NCBI GenBank assembly: GCA_964570665.1
Contig: CAZMZH010000007.1
Coordinates: forward strand, 29,319-61,318
Direction: 5' to 3'
DNA length: 32,000 nucleotides
DNA from: an uncultured Nitrospinota bacterium
GTDB lineage: Bacteria > Nitrospinota > Nitrospinia > Nitrospinales > JAJDAT01
The stretch's first letter is position 1. Each line of letters starts with the position of its first letter. Of this stretch, positions 9,057 to 19,091 are shown piece by piece. The notes under the pieces are model-generated. The model did not search any database and was not told where the DNA came from. It saw nothing but the letters and a program-made list of their open reading frames with translations. A program made the translations under genes and the position numbers.

Positions 9057-9953
9057 TTATGGACGTGGGTGATATTTTTCATGTATTTCACGCAAGCGCG
9101 TTTGCATAACATGTGTATAAATTTGAGTCGTGGAAATATCAGAATGACCCAACATTTGCTGAACCGACCTTAAATCGGCTCCCCCTTCCAATAAATGAGT
9201 CGCAAAAGCATGGCGAAGTGTGTGTGGAGATACAGGTTTTTTGATACCCTCTATTAAGGTATATCTTTTTATAATTTTCCAAAAACCCTGACGAGTCATT
9301 GCTTTACCCCGCCGCGTTAAAAATAATTCTGAAACATTGCGTCCTTTTGTAAAACCGGGACGCGCTCTTAAAACATAATCTTCTACGGCATGCTTGGCAG
9401 CGTCTCCTATTGGAATCAGACGTTCTTTCGAACCCTTCCCAAAAGCTAAAACAAAGCCCATTTGCAAATTAACTTTAGAAGCTTCAAGGTTGATTAGTTC
9501 TGAAACCCGCACCCCAGCCGCGTACAAGATTTCCAACATAGCTTTATCCCGGAGTCCTTCTTGTGTTTTTAAGTCGGGCGCGTTTATTAACCGATCAACT
9601 TCTTCCAAACTCAATACATCAGGAAGTTTTTGTAAAAGCTTAGGCGTTTCTAGTAATTCGGCAGGATTTTTATCGGTGATTTTTTCTTGAATCAAGAATT
9701 CGAAAAACGACCTAATAGACGATTGTAATCTGGCAATTGACCTTGTAGACAGCCCACTCTGCCGAAGCTTTAATAAAAATTCTCTAATATTATTAACGGA
9801 AATATCTTCTAAACGATCGTTTTTAAATTCATTGGCGAATTTGTTCATATCTCTTCTATAAGCTTCCGTCGTGTTTAACGAGCGACGCTTTTCGATTGAA
9901 AGATAATCAACAAATTCTCTTATATAATGTTGCAATTCTATCCTCAGTTCCAA
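9057..9953 (-). CDS. xerD: site-specific tyrosine recombinase XerD/XerC family
   Basis: 298 aa. C-terminal catalytic region HTLRHAFATHLLEGGADLRSVQQMLGHSDISTTQIYTHV, with an N-terminal SAM-like core-binding domain. Confidence 0.85.
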   Translation of the reverse strand: MELRIELQHYIREFVDYLSIEKRRSLNTTEAYRRDMNKFANEFKNDRLEDISVNNIREFLLKLRQSGLSTRSIARLQSSIRSFFEFLIQEKITDKNPAELLETPKLLQKLPDVLSLEEVDRLINAPDLKTQEGLRDKAMLEILYAAGVRVSELINLEASKVNLQMGFVLAFGKGSKERLIPIGDAAKHAVEDYVLRARPGFTKGRNVSELFLTRRGKAMTRQGFWKIIKRYTLIEGIKKPVSPHTLRHAFATHLLEGGADLRSVQQMLGHSDISTTQIYTHVMQTRLREIHEKYHPRP

Positions 9954-10006
9954 CAGTTTTTTTTACGTCACTATGTGGCTAAAATCGTAAGTTCCACTCT
10001 GAATTT

Positions 10007-10052
10007 CATCCTGGTCCTTCGGTAAACTCAGGATAAACTCTGTCCAAGGATC
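10007..10052. repeat. GC-rich hairpin mini-element (REP/MITE-like)
   Basis: catcctggtccttcggtaaactcaggataaactctgtccaaggatc. The arms atcctgg/ccaaggat pair. Same style as the elements at 17580, 17638, 24208 and inside the rhs-locus leader repeats. Confidence 0.5.
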
Positions 10053-10163
10053 ACACCTCGATTCAATAAATCTTTTCCTATATCTACTATATAATAATAG
10101 CAAAAACTCATTTATTATCAATTAGTTATATGCTATTAGATTTTTCATGAATTTAAAACCTAA

Positions 10164-11387
10164 TTACTGACACAAACTTTTCCCTCCTTCTAGAATAATG
10201 CAGTTGGTAGGATGCCCTCCAATACCATATTTTCTATCAGTTACCAATATCTGATTATTTAATATTCTTGCGCCATCTGTTTTCCCCAAATTTATACCTA
10301 AACCGCCGCTTAAGATGGAAGAGTTTTTTATTGTTGGACGGATTGAATTACGCAAATTAACGGCCCAACCTGATGTAGGTCCCTTAAAAATCTTAAAATT
10401 ATCGAAAACGACTTCTGACACATCATTACGGACGCTAATAGGACTGGAAACCCATGAACCTGTGATTTGCGTTTCCTCTAAATAAGCGCCTTTTCCACCT
10501 TTGACATCAATAGCTAATGTATTTTGGAATCCCTCCCCTCCGTCTATTATATTTTTTTTCGTTTTGACTCTCCCCGAATGGATCCGTATTCCATATTGAT
10601 TGCTATTTGAGAGGTATATCTTATTTTCTTTAATGGAAACATTGTTTGAAGAGTTCCCTACGTTAATTGCGGCTACATGATGATTCAAATGACTTATATT
10701 ATTTTTTTCAATTAAAACCTTGATGCTATTAGAAACTTTTATTCCGCTTTGAACGGTAATAGGGGAATTAAATGCAATTCCCGAGATTTCATTACCTATT
10801 AATCGTACTTCTCGACCAACACTTATATAAATACCATGTTGAGTGGTGTTAATAATTTTATTATTTGAAACTAATATTCCATCACCACTTAAGCCAATAC
10901 CAACTGTTGGCCCACCATCGATAAAGTTTTCCAATATTGAAACGTTAGAAACCTTTTCAAGATAGTTGTCTATTTGAATAGCCGCGCGTCCATGGCCTTT
11001 TCCATTTACAAATACAGGTTTTCCATGATTTACAAAACGAATTCCTTTAATCAATATATTTGAGATAGGAAAACCTTTCTCCGCCTGAATAACCAAAGAT
11101 TGTGAAATACTATCGAATATAATGGTCGAAGCTTTTTTACCAGACCCGATAAAAGAAGTATGGGATGTTTTAATTATTATTGGACGCGAAATTTTATAAT
11201 TACCAGGCGGTAAAAAAATTGTTCCTCCGGACGGAGGAAGAGAATCTAGTGTAGTCTGTATCGCGGTCGTGTCGTTGGTTATTCCATCCCCAATAGCGCC
11301 ATATTTTTGAACATTAAGTTTATCGGCGATAGCATTACCTTCAAAAACCAAAATCAGCCCCAAACAAAACCAAAAATATTTCATCAA
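10164..11387 (-). CDS. secreted right-handed parallel beta-helix protein (pectate-lyase superfamily-like)
   Basis: Signal peptide, then KYGAIGDGITNDTTAIQTTLDSL...GGTIFLPPGNYKI, typical of the Pectate_lyase_3 N-terminus. Repetitive I/V-x-N turns follow. The likely ATG is at 11384, overlapping the LOG stop as TGATG. Confidence 0.7.
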   Translation of the reverse strand: MMKYFWFCLGLILVFEGNAIADKLNVQKYGAIGDGITNDTTAIQTTLDSLPPSGGTIFLPPGNYKISRPIIIKTSHTSFIGSGKKASTIIFDSISQSLVIQAEKGFPISNILIKGIRFVNHGKPVFVNGKGHGRAAIQIDNYLEKVSNVSILENFIDGGPTVGIGLSGDGILVSNNKIINTTQHGIYISVGREVRLIGNEISGIAFNSPITVQSGIKVSNSIKVLIEKNNISHLNHHVAAINVGNSSNNVSIKENKIYLSNSNQYGIRIHSGRVKTKKNIIDGGEGFQNTLAIDVKGGKGAYLEETQITGSWVSSPISVRNDVSEVVFDNFKIFKGPTSGWAVNLRNSIRPTIKNSSILSGGLGINLGKTDGARILNNQILVTDRKYGIGGHPTNCIILEGGKSLCQ

Positions 11388-12112
11388 ATATTTTCTGATT
11401 TAAGCCAGTCCTGATGACACGATCTAATCAAGCCTATAGTTTCCTTAGCAGTTTGGACACATTGAGGAATAAGGAGGTCTTCTTTATTAGCCATTTCCAA
11501 TTCAGGACGCAGCATATATTTTTTACTCCACTCAACTAGATCTTCCCACATGTTTCCCATTAAAATTAAAGGGGTTTTTCGGAGTTTCCTAACTTGCAAA
11601 AGTTGCCAAACCATCATGAGTTCCATGGTTGTTCCTATACCACCGGGTAAGACCACAAATGCCTCGGAGACTAATACAAAATGATGAAGCCGTGAAAAGA
11701 AGGTGCGATGTTCAAAAACTTGTCCCACAAAAGGATTAGTTCCTTGTTCAAAAGGAAGATGAACCCGAATTCCCATAGACCTTTCTTTGGCTTCTGGTCC
11801 TGCCATAGCGGCGCCTTCGTTAGCAGCCTGCATTAAACCGGGGCCACCACCCGTAACAATACCGCAACCCATCTCCGCTAATTCAGTAGCTAAATCTCTA
11901 ACTGCCTCATAAACCCAATGTTCGGGTTGAATCCTCGCCGAACCAAATATTGTAACGTGAAATTCACCACGTTTAGAGGGTTTAAGGCGGGTTAGGTTAT
12001 TGACAACCTCCCAAAGTCTCATAACCGATTCTTCAAGCACCTTAATAGATTCGTCTTCGTCGCCAAGACTAACTTTGTCGTCGGTACCGGGCTGGTTTTT
12101 AGAATCGCTCAT
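11384..12112 (-). CDS. LOG family (TIGR00730-type) Rossmann-fold nucleotide-binding protein
   Basis: GGGPGLMQAANEGA and PGGIGTTMEL motifs. AGGAG Shine-Dalgarno upstream. Confidence 0.8.
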   Translation of the reverse strand: MSDSKNQPGTDDKVSLGDEDESIKVLEESVMRLWEVVNNLTRLKPSKRGEFHVTIFGSARIQPEHWVYEAVRDLATELAEMGCGIVTGGGPGLMQAANEGAAMAGPEAKERSMGIRVHLPFEQGTNPFVGQVFEHRTFFSRLHHFVLVSEAFVVLPGGIGTTMELMMVWQLLQVRKLRKTPLILMGNMWEDLVEWSKKYMLRPELEMANKEDLLIPQCVQTAKETIGLIRSCHQDWLKSENI

Positions 12113-12432
12113 AGAGTTGTCTCCTCTTTCAATTCAGAAACTATTTTTATATAAAATCAAAGGAAATGTAAATTAATAAATAGATACAACTAAAAGGATC
12201 AAGTAGGCTAAATTTATTTCCATATATACTATAATAATTAAGGTTCTAGAAAGAACATCAACAAAACTAAAATTTAATTGATGGCAAAGAATTCCCTAGA
12301 TCCAATAATAAATAACTAAATTAAACTCTCCTTCCAATGAGTGACTCAACTTAATAAAATTAAAAATGGATGGCGCTGAAAGTTTTACTGGGTGGCGTGG
12401 GTCGCTTTGAAAGTTTTCTTAAAGATGCTTTT

Positions 12433-13152
12433 TTATGAGAAGGCTTCTTCGTCGACAAATAGATGACAGTTGGAATGTTTCCATAAAGAAGAAACCGGTA
12501 CGGACGGATTAAAGCTTTTATTAGTTAACAGTTCTTTAATAATGGGTTTTTTCTTTAGTCCCGACGCTATTAGTATTATGACTCCGGTCTCTAAAATTTG
12601 TTTTAAACCTAAGGTGATTCCTTGGGTTAATTTTTGCTCAGTTTCAAAATATTTTTGACCAACATTTTGAGTGATTTCATCCAAAGAGACTAATCTGGCA
12701 ACTGATTCTAATGAGGAACCCGGTTCGTTAAAACCAATATGTCCGTTTACGCCAATTCCTAATAAAGCCAGATTAATAGGTCCATTATTTTCTATAAAAT
12801 TGTTTAATTGTTCGCATTGTTTAGAATAATCATTGCCTTTACCCTCAAAAAAATGAATCTTGGATTCTTTAATATTCAACGGTCGATACAAATCGCGATT
12901 TAAAGTAAAACGACAACTTCCAGAATCTTCGTCATTCAATCCCACCCATTCGTCTAAACCAACAAAATTGGCTTGATTGAAAACACCTCTACCTGATTGG
13001 TCCAATTTTACTAAGTTTTTATAGACTCCGGTTGGGGTATCGCCTCCAGCAAAACATAATAATGGAGCGGATAGTTCTTTAATTTCATCGACAATAAAGT
13101 TCGCGACTTTATTGCAAAGTTCTATATAATTTTTAGAGACAATAATTTGCAT
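12433..13152 (-). CDS. nagB: glucosamine-6-phosphate deaminase family protein
   Basis: 239 aa with GLDEWVGL and GIGVNGHIGFNEPGS motifs. Confidence 0.8.
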   Translation of the reverse strand: MQIIVSKNYIELCNKVANFIVDEIKELSAPLLCFAGGDTPTGVYKNLVKLDQSGRGVFNQANFVGLDEWVGLNDEDSGSCRFTLNRDLYRPLNIKESKIHFFEGKGNDYSKQCEQLNNFIENNGPINLALLGIGVNGHIGFNEPGSSLESVARLVSLDEITQNVGQKYFETEQKLTQGITLGLKQILETGVIILIASGLKKKPIIKELLTNKSFNPSVPVSSLWKHSNCHLFVDEEAFS

Positions 13153-13154
13153 AC

Positions 13155-14069
13155 TTATGTTTTTAGAAAACCTCCTAGGTTTTTCAAATTATCTAGCATT
13201 TTTTCTTCTGAAGAAATAACTGCGGCCCCTAAAGCGCTGGCGCGCTCGCCTAACTGGGAAAACTCAATTTTATTGGGGACAGGTGTCATTTTAGCTAATT
13301 TCTCTTTAATCGTTTCTATATAAGGTTCTAAAGGTTTAGATAAACCTCCACCCAATATAACCTTCTCAGGGTTTAATAAACAAACTGCGTTCGCAATCAT
13401 TATAGATAGATCAATTGAAAACTCTTCAAATGTTTCTAATGCTGATTTATCATTACTACCAAGTTTTTCAAAAAATTTCTCTGACGAAAAAAATCGATTC
13501 CTCAAAGCGGTTCCAGAAATCTTATTTTCTGAAGTTCCAAATTGACTCGGAAGATTTAGTTTCCCTTTTTTATAATCGTCTTTATCCAATTGATAACCTA
13601 TTTCACCAGCCATATTATTGGCCCCATGAATTATATTGCCCCCGACCATCAAAGCGCCTCCCAAACCCGTCCCTATAGAAATAAAAAAAACAGGATCGCA
13701 ATTTTGAGCGGCCCCCATTTTCCGCTCGGCAATTAAAGCGCAATTTACGTCATTCTCAATAAATAGTGGGAAAGAAAAATGAGGTTTTAAATTAGAAATC
13801 AAATCAAACAGCTTCCATCCTAAAGCCGGCGCGTCAACTACTTTATTTGTGGAGGGTTCTATAGCGCTAGCCACTCCTAATCCCAAACCGCCCACGTCAT
13901 TTACCGTAATTTTCAATTCGCCAATAGCTTCTTTAATAAGCGCTATTAAATACTTCCAGTCTTTTGACGAAGGAATTTTTTTTTCATAGACTCTATTCTG
14001 ATTAGAATCTAAAACGATCAATAATGTTTTAGTCCCGCCGATATCAATACCTATCCCATAATTTTCCAT
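13155..14069 (-). CDS. ROK family sugar kinase
   Basis: GIDIGGTKT N-terminal ATPase motif and ISIGTGLGGALMVGG. Packed between nagB and the ABC transporter. Confidence 0.8.
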   Translation of the reverse strand: MENYGIGIDIGGTKTLLIVLDSNQNRVYEKKIPSSKDWKYLIALIKEAIGELKITVNDVGGLGLGVASAIEPSTNKVVDAPALGWKLFDLISNLKPHFSFPLFIENDVNCALIAERKMGAAQNCDPVFFISIGTGLGGALMVGGNIIHGANNMAGEIGYQLDKDDYKKGKLNLPSQFGTSENKISGTALRNRFFSSEKFFEKLGSNDKSALETFEEFSIDLSIMIANAVCLLNPEKVILGGGLSKPLEPYIETIKEKLAKMTPVPNKIEFSQLGERASALGAAVISSEEKMLDNLKNLGGFLKT

Positions 14070-14071
14070 AA

Positions 14072-15028
14072 TCAGCGTCTTTTCCTGGCATAAGAATCTA
14101 AACCTACCGCAACTAAAATAATTGCGCCTTTAATAATCAGCTGAGAATAAACGGGAATTCCCATTAAATTAAAAGTGTTACCAATCACTGCAAGCAGCAA
14201 GACTCCAATTAAAGTTTTAAAAACAGACCCTTGGCCGCCGGAAACGCTGGTGCCTCCGATAACCACCGCAGCAATAGCGTCCAACTCATATCCTTGGCCA
14301 GCTAAAGGAGATACCGACAGTAATCGAGATGCGTATACAATTCCGGCAACTGCCGCTAAAGCTCCGCCAATAACAAACGTCAAGATTTGAAACTTATCGA
14401 CGGATACTCCAGAATAACGCGCCGCTTCTTTATTCCCGCCAATAGCGCATATATATCGTCCATAACGAGTTTTAACTAAAAACCACTGCCCTATTATTAT
14501 GGCCAAAAATAAAAGAATTACTGGAAATGGTATAAAACCAAAATTTCCTTGGCCAATAAATGTAAATCCTTCCGATGCGCCTTCTACTAAAGTAAAGGGA
14601 TAGCCATCGGAATATAAATAAACCAACCCGCGAACAACGCTCATCATTGCCAAGGTAACTATAATGGACGGTATACCAACGGTTACAGATAATAATCCAT
14701 TACATAGTCCAATAACAGCTCCTACAATTACCACAATGATACAGGCAAAAGCCCAATGCATCGAATATTGTAATCCTAAAGTCAATGCTCCACATAATGC
14801 CAAAACCGATCCTACGGAAATATCAAATCCGGCTCCAATAATGATGAAAGTTGCGCCCACAGCAATGATTCCAATAATCGAACTTTGCCTTAAAATGTTA
14901 AATATATTCTCGGTCGATAAAAAATTTGGAGCCATGAAGGACAATCCTCCACAGAACACTATAAATATGGTCAATATTAAATGATTTTCTAAGACTTCAT
15001 TTAGAAGGTTTTTCAATTTGGAATTCAT
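14072..15028 (-). CDS. sugar ABC transporter permease (ribose/RbsC type)
   Basis: 318 aa, polytopic and hydrophobic. Gly-rich C-terminal segment typical of the RbsC-type family. Operon context. Confidence 0.8.
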   Translation of the reverse strand: MNSKLKNLLNEVLENHLILTIFIVFCGGLSFMAPNFLSTENIFNILRQSSIIGIIAVGATFIIIGAGFDISVGSVLALCGALTLGLQYSMHWAFACIIVVIVGAVIGLCNGLLSVTVGIPSIIVTLAMMSVVRGLVYLYSDGYPFTLVEGASEGFTFIGQGNFGFIPFPVILLFLAIIIGQWFLVKTRYGRYICAIGGNKEAARYSGVSVDKFQILTFVIGGALAAVAGIVYASRLLSVSPLAGQGYELDAIAAVVIGGTSVSGGQGSVFKTLIGVLLLAVIGNTFNLMGIPVYSQLIIKGAIILVAVGLDSYARKRR

Positions 15029-15032
15029 TTAT

Positions 15033-16541
15033 TTATGGGTTCTCAACTTTTTCCGAATTAAAAATTAATTGCATCATTTTTTCGACACTTTCAGTAGGTT
15101 CAACCTCTCCCGTTAGTTGTCCGCCATGTAATAATAATATTCGGTCTGCGGCTAACTTCACTTCATTAAAGTCTGAGCTTAGATATAATACGGCGCAACC
15201 ATCGCTTGCCAGTTTTTTAACAATACTTATTATTTCTTGTCTAGCTTTAACGTCCATTCCTTTGGTGGGTTCGTCAAGAATGAGTAATTTAGGTTGGCGA
15301 TGCAGCCATTTGGAAACGACAACCTTCTGTTGATTGCCTCCGCTAAGCGTTCGAACTTTTTTGGAAGGCGTTCCTCCTCGAAAATTCATATTAGATAATA
15401 GTTTTTCCGAAACGCTAATTTCTTTATGTTGGATCAAACCAAACGCGCCAAGAAAACTCGGTAAATTGGTTAACGTAATATTTTTATAAATCTCAAAATC
15501 AAGATAGAGTCCCTGAGTTTTACGGTCTTCCGGCAATAAATAAATTCCTTCTTTAATGGCATCGTTAGGTTCGTTAGGTCTATAAGGAGTTCCATTAAAA
15601 AATAATTCTCCTTCGTCGAAATCCTCCAATCCAAATATTACTTTTGCCAATTCCGTTTTTCCGGCGCCAATCAACCCCGTTAGCCCTACCACTTCTCCTG
15701 AGTGCACTTCAAAGGATAATTTATTTAATATTCCCTCCACGCTAAGTTCTGAAAGTTTTAGGACAGGAGAACCGGTTACCGCCTTTTTCTCTGTAGTAAC
15801 ATTTATCTTTATAGACTCTCCCACCATCATGGTAATCACCTCGTCAAATGTACTGTTAGATGTTTGGGAAGTGAAAACATTTTGACCGTCTCTCAACACG
15901 GTTATCCTATCGGACACCTTAAATATTTCTTCTAATTTATGCGAAATATAAAGAACGCTTACATTTTTGGATTTTAAATTTTGAATGATTTTTAGCAACT
16001 GTTCCGTATCCATAGGGGATAAAGAATCGGTGGGTTCGTCCATAACAATAAATCGAGACTGTTTTGTTAACGCTTTAATAATTTCAACAAGCTTTTGATT
16101 AGCGGCGCTCAAGTTGCTAACTATCATATTGGGTTTCAGATGAATCCCAATATCCATGCAGTTTTTTTTAAATTGACCCAACATGGCCTGTTCGTCCAAA
16201 AGACCGAATGACTTTAAGATCTCTGCGCCTAAATAAACATTTTGCAAAACCGTTAATTGTGGAACAAGGCTTGTCTCTTGGAACATCGCGGAAATACCGT
16301 CTTTATACGCGGCATTTGGGGAAGAGTAATTTTTTAATTTTCCGTCAAACCAAATCTCGCCTGTATCTGCCGATTCAACACCTAAGATAATTTTGACCAA
16401 AGTCGATTTTCCAGCCCCATTTTCTCCTAAAAGAGCCAACGTTTCTCCTTGTCTAACTTCTAAATCCACTTGGCTTAAAGCTTTATTTCCTCCAAATGAT
16501 TTGGAAACCTGTTTGATCTCTAAGATATTTGGGTTATTCAA
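15033..16541 (-). CDS. sugar ABC transporter ATP-binding protein (duplicated ATPase, RbsA type)
   Basis: Two Walker A sites (GENGAGKST, GLIGAGKTE) and two signature-like motifs (LSAANQKLVE, LSGGNQQKVVV). Confidence 0.9.
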   Translation of the reverse strand: MNNPNILEIKQVSKSFGGNKALSQVDLEVRQGETLALLGENGAGKSTLVKIILGVESADTGEIWFDGKLKNYSSPNAAYKDGISAMFQETSLVPQLTVLQNVYLGAEILKSFGLLDEQAMLGQFKKNCMDIGIHLKPNMIVSNLSAANQKLVEIIKALTKQSRFIVMDEPTDSLSPMDTEQLLKIIQNLKSKNVSVLYISHKLEEIFKVSDRITVLRDGQNVFTSQTSNSTFDEVITMMVGESIKINVTTEKKAVTGSPVLKLSELSVEGILNKLSFEVHSGEVVGLTGLIGAGKTELAKVIFGLEDFDEGELFFNGTPYRPNEPNDAIKEGIYLLPEDRKTQGLYLDFEIYKNITLTNLPSFLGAFGLIQHKEISVSEKLLSNMNFRGGTPSKKVRTLSGGNQQKVVVSKWLHRQPKLLILDEPTKGMDVKARQEIISIVKKLASDGCAVLYLSSDFNEVKLAADRILLLHGGQLTGEVEPTESVEKMMQLIFNSEKVENP

Positions 16542-16553
16542 AATATATTTCGC

Positions 16554-17510
16554 CTATAATTCCGCTTCATAACGATTAACGTTTTGTTGATTTACAATCG
16601 TAGGAACAATTTCAACAAATTTTGGTATTTCTCTTTTATTAAGGAAAAGTCCCGCGGTTTCTACCGCTTTATAACCTTCCTCTTTGATTGAAAAATAAGT
16701 AGACATAGCAACTTCGCCTGATTTTAAATAAGGAATGAGTTCTCTAGAATACTCCAAGCCGAAAACCTTAACGCCCAATGTCTTTTTTTCTTTTAAAGCC
16801 ATGGCCGCCGCTATGGCCCCCGTCCACCATTGCGCCACAACCACATCGAATTTTTTACCGGTTTGCAAGAAATCCTGAACGCCATTCAATGCCCCTTCTT
16901 TGGTCCAACCTGGCACAAAATGATTAAAAATAATTTCCCAATTATTGTGTTTTTGCATTACCTCCATAAAACCTTTTTCACGCATTCTTTGGGCAGAAGT
17001 TCCGGGAGCTCCCTGCACTAAAACAATTTTTACCGACATATCTTTTGTTATCCCGTCGACCATTTCGCCTAATAGGACTCCACTCTTTACTTCGTCCCGG
17101 CCAATGTGGGCGATTACCCCTTCATACAACCCATGTGGATCTTCCCCAATCGTATTTGAAAAAGTCATTAAGGGAATGCCCGCCTTCTTGGTTAAAGGAA
17201 CGGCTCTCTGTAAGGCCAGATTATCCACCGAACACAAAAGTATGAGATCGACCTTGCGGGCAATGAAATTTTCGACTTGAGCCAATTGTTTTGCGGGTTC
17301 CCATTCCGCATCAGCGTATATAAGATTTAAATCAAACTGTTTAGCGGCTTCGTTTAACCCTTTTTTCTGAACGGCAAAAAATTCCACAGTACCGGGGATT
17401 AATACGGCAACTTGAAATTTCGAATTATCGGAATTACTGGAAGGTTTTGTCCAAAAAATCAACGCAAACAAAAAGGCAATCGTTATAAAAGCAATGGGCA
17501 AATTTTTCAT
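16554..17510 (-). CDS. sugar ABC transporter periplasmic substrate-binding protein (RbsB/LacI-type fold)
   Basis: Signal-anchor N-terminus, 318 aa, first gene of the transporter block. Confidence 0.75.
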   Translation of the reverse strand: MKNLPIAFITIAFLFALIFWTKPSSNSDNSKFQVAVLIPGTVEFFAVQKKGLNEAAKQFDLNLIYADAEWEPAKQLAQVENFIARKVDLILLCSVDNLALQRAVPLTKKAGIPLMTFSNTIGEDPHGLYEGVIAHIGRDEVKSGVLLGEMVDGITKDMSVKIVLVQGAPGTSAQRMREKGFMEVMQKHNNWEIIFNHFVPGWTKEGALNGVQDFLQTGKKFDVVVAQWWTGAIAAAMALKEKKTLGVKVFGLEYSRELIPYLKSGEVAMSTYFSIKEEGYKAVETAGLFLNKREIPKFVEIVPTIVNQQNVNRYEAEL

Positions 17511-17579
17511 AATACAGAACGGAAAACTTGTGGTGTGCTAAATAAAATAAGAACTGAGGCTGAGCAAACCCTATCGCTT

Positions 17580-17618
17580 GTCATTCTGACAAGCCGCTTT
17601 AGCGGTGAGGAAGAATCT
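17580..17618. repeat. GC-rich nested hairpin mini-element
   Basis: gtcATTCTgacaagCCGCtttaGCGGtgaggaAGAATct has nested inverted repeats. Sits in the 187-bp gap between two minus-strand genes. Confidence 0.55.
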
Positions 17619-17637
17619 CGCCCCGATTCAACTAATT

Positions 17638-17664
17638 GTCACAGTGAGCTGGTCGAACTGCGAC
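17638..17664. repeat. GC-rich hairpin mini-element
   Basis: GTCACAGTgagctggtcgaACTGCGAC; 7 of 8 stem positions pair. Confidence 0.5.
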
Positions 17665-17697
17665 AACTTCACTCAAACTTTATGACCACAAATTTTT

Positions 17698-18924
17698 TTA
17701 AACCTTAAATAATTCGTTTTTTGCCGCAAGCATATTCTTGAATGGAGTCAGGCAATAATCCCACGAAAGAATAACGCCTTCTGCCCCGCTTTCCATGGCG
17801 CACTGAACTCCTCTACGTATTTTTTCTTCCGATTCGGTACGAAGACAATTGATTCCAGGATAAATAGGTTTACCGGATAGTTCCCGCGCAAGTTTTACTC
17901 CCTCGCCTATTTCTTCAGGACTTAACGGTACATCATACGTGCAGGAATAAAACATGGGTTTAATCCAATCGCAATACTTGGAGAGTTCGCTAAATTGAGT
18001 CTGATATTTCCAATCGTCCTTAGCGCCATAAATATCCAGACCTACCTGATATTTACGTTGTTTAGACTTTATCCTTTCGTAAAGTCTTTGATGCAATCGC
18101 GTCATAATCGAGGACCGAAATCGTAGCCAATCCAAATATTCTGGAACGGATAAAAGAAACCGAATCGCCTCGTCGGCGGTTTTCATTTTTTCTACTTTGT
18201 GAGGAATGAAACCTAATGCGATCCCTTTCAATAACCCTTCCTTTACTCGGTTAACGTCAATTCCTTTGGACTGAGCTTCTGCGACACAAACGGAACAGAA
18301 ACAACTTAAACCCATTTCAGGATTAGCAAAGCTAGGAATTCCAAGAGTATCGGCAAGTTCGTCGGTTAATGATTGAAACCCAAACAAGGAATAGTGATCC
18401 AATAAGGCGAAACAATAACCATCTAACTCGTATTGATCGTCTAAATGATCGATCAAGCTATCGTAAAAATGAATAACGTCAGGTTGATTATGGCAAAGTG
18501 TTTTTGGAACGCTTTGGCCGTTAACCGTTTTCATATTCAATGTAGGATATCGGTCCACTTCCGGAAAACGATGCAAAATTAACGCATATACCTGAATATC
18601 AAATTTCTTGGCGGCTTCCGCTACTTCGCGAAACAAATCTCTTTCATTTAGAATAGAAATTTTGGTTTTAACAGGTTTGATCTGAGTATTTTGATAAAAT
18701 TCTAAACGCGGATCGCAATTAAACCCGTCGCAATCGTAGTTTTCATCAGTCGAGTTAGGTAAAGGACCCCATGTTTTCGTCGACTGAAAATCAATATGAG
18801 AAGCTAACAACAAAGTGTTGACTCCTCCTTTTTCAACCATATTTTTTAGCGCGTTATCTATTCCCTCATAAATAAACTGAGAAAAATAAAAAGCCTGCGC
18901 GCCTATAACAAGGGGTTGGCCCAT
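17698..18924 (-). CDS. cytoplasmic TIM-barrel-like protein, possibly glycoside-hydrolase-like family 10 (GHL10/DUF187-type)
   Basis: No signal peptide. GGVNTLLL..., AKKFDIQVYAL..., and CFCSVCVAEAQSKGIDV followed by W-x-R-F-R resemble my recollection of the GHL10 CxCxxC...W..FR region. Lies upstream of a sugar uptake operon. Assignment is from memory only. Confidence 0.35.
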   Translation of the reverse strand: MGQPLVIGAQAFYFSQFIYEGIDNALKNMVEKGGVNTLLLASHIDFQSTKTWGPLPNSTDENYDCDGFNCDPRLEFYQNTQIKPVKTKISILNERDLFREVAEAAKKFDIQVYALILHRFPEVDRYPTLNMKTVNGQSVPKTLCHNQPDVIHFYDSLIDHLDDQYELDGYCFALLDHYSLFGFQSLTDELADTLGIPSFANPEMGLSCFCSVCVAEAQSKGIDVNRVKEGLLKGIALGFIPHKVEKMKTADEAIRFLLSVPEYLDWLRFRSSIMTRLHQRLYERIKSKQRKYQVGLDIYGAKDDWKYQTQFSELSKYCDWIKPMFYSCTYDVPLSPEEIGEGVKLARELSGKPIYPGINCLRTESEEKIRRGVQCAMESGAEGVILSWDYCLTPFKNMLAAKNELFKV

Positions 18925-19091
18925 GATTCTATCTTACCTTCCATAAAAATTATCCTTTTTCAAAACCAGGTCAATTCTACAATATATTAAGGAAATAATG
19001 TGAACGGGAATAAATAACGAAGAATTAAACTATATTTAAAGGTAAAGTTAATTGTTTAAAGAAGAATTTCCTTATATTGAATTATTCATTT

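Noticed and set aside
9057-9953. The tyrosine recombinase could be an integron-type integrase servicing the cassette array at 21371-30844.
   Set aside because: The sequence looks like ordinary XerD/XerC (length, RHRY context, no obvious IntI-specific insertion). It lies about 11 kb from the array with housekeeping-type operons between, and no attC-like imperfect palindromes flank the cassettes. I cannot exclude Xer involvement, but nothing in the sequence supports it.
17412-17708. 98-aa plus-strand ORF spanning the 17511-17697 gap.
   Set aside because: It is a translation through two GC-rich hairpin elements (VILTSRFSGEEES) and into flanking genes. This is typical of false ORFs created by such repeats.
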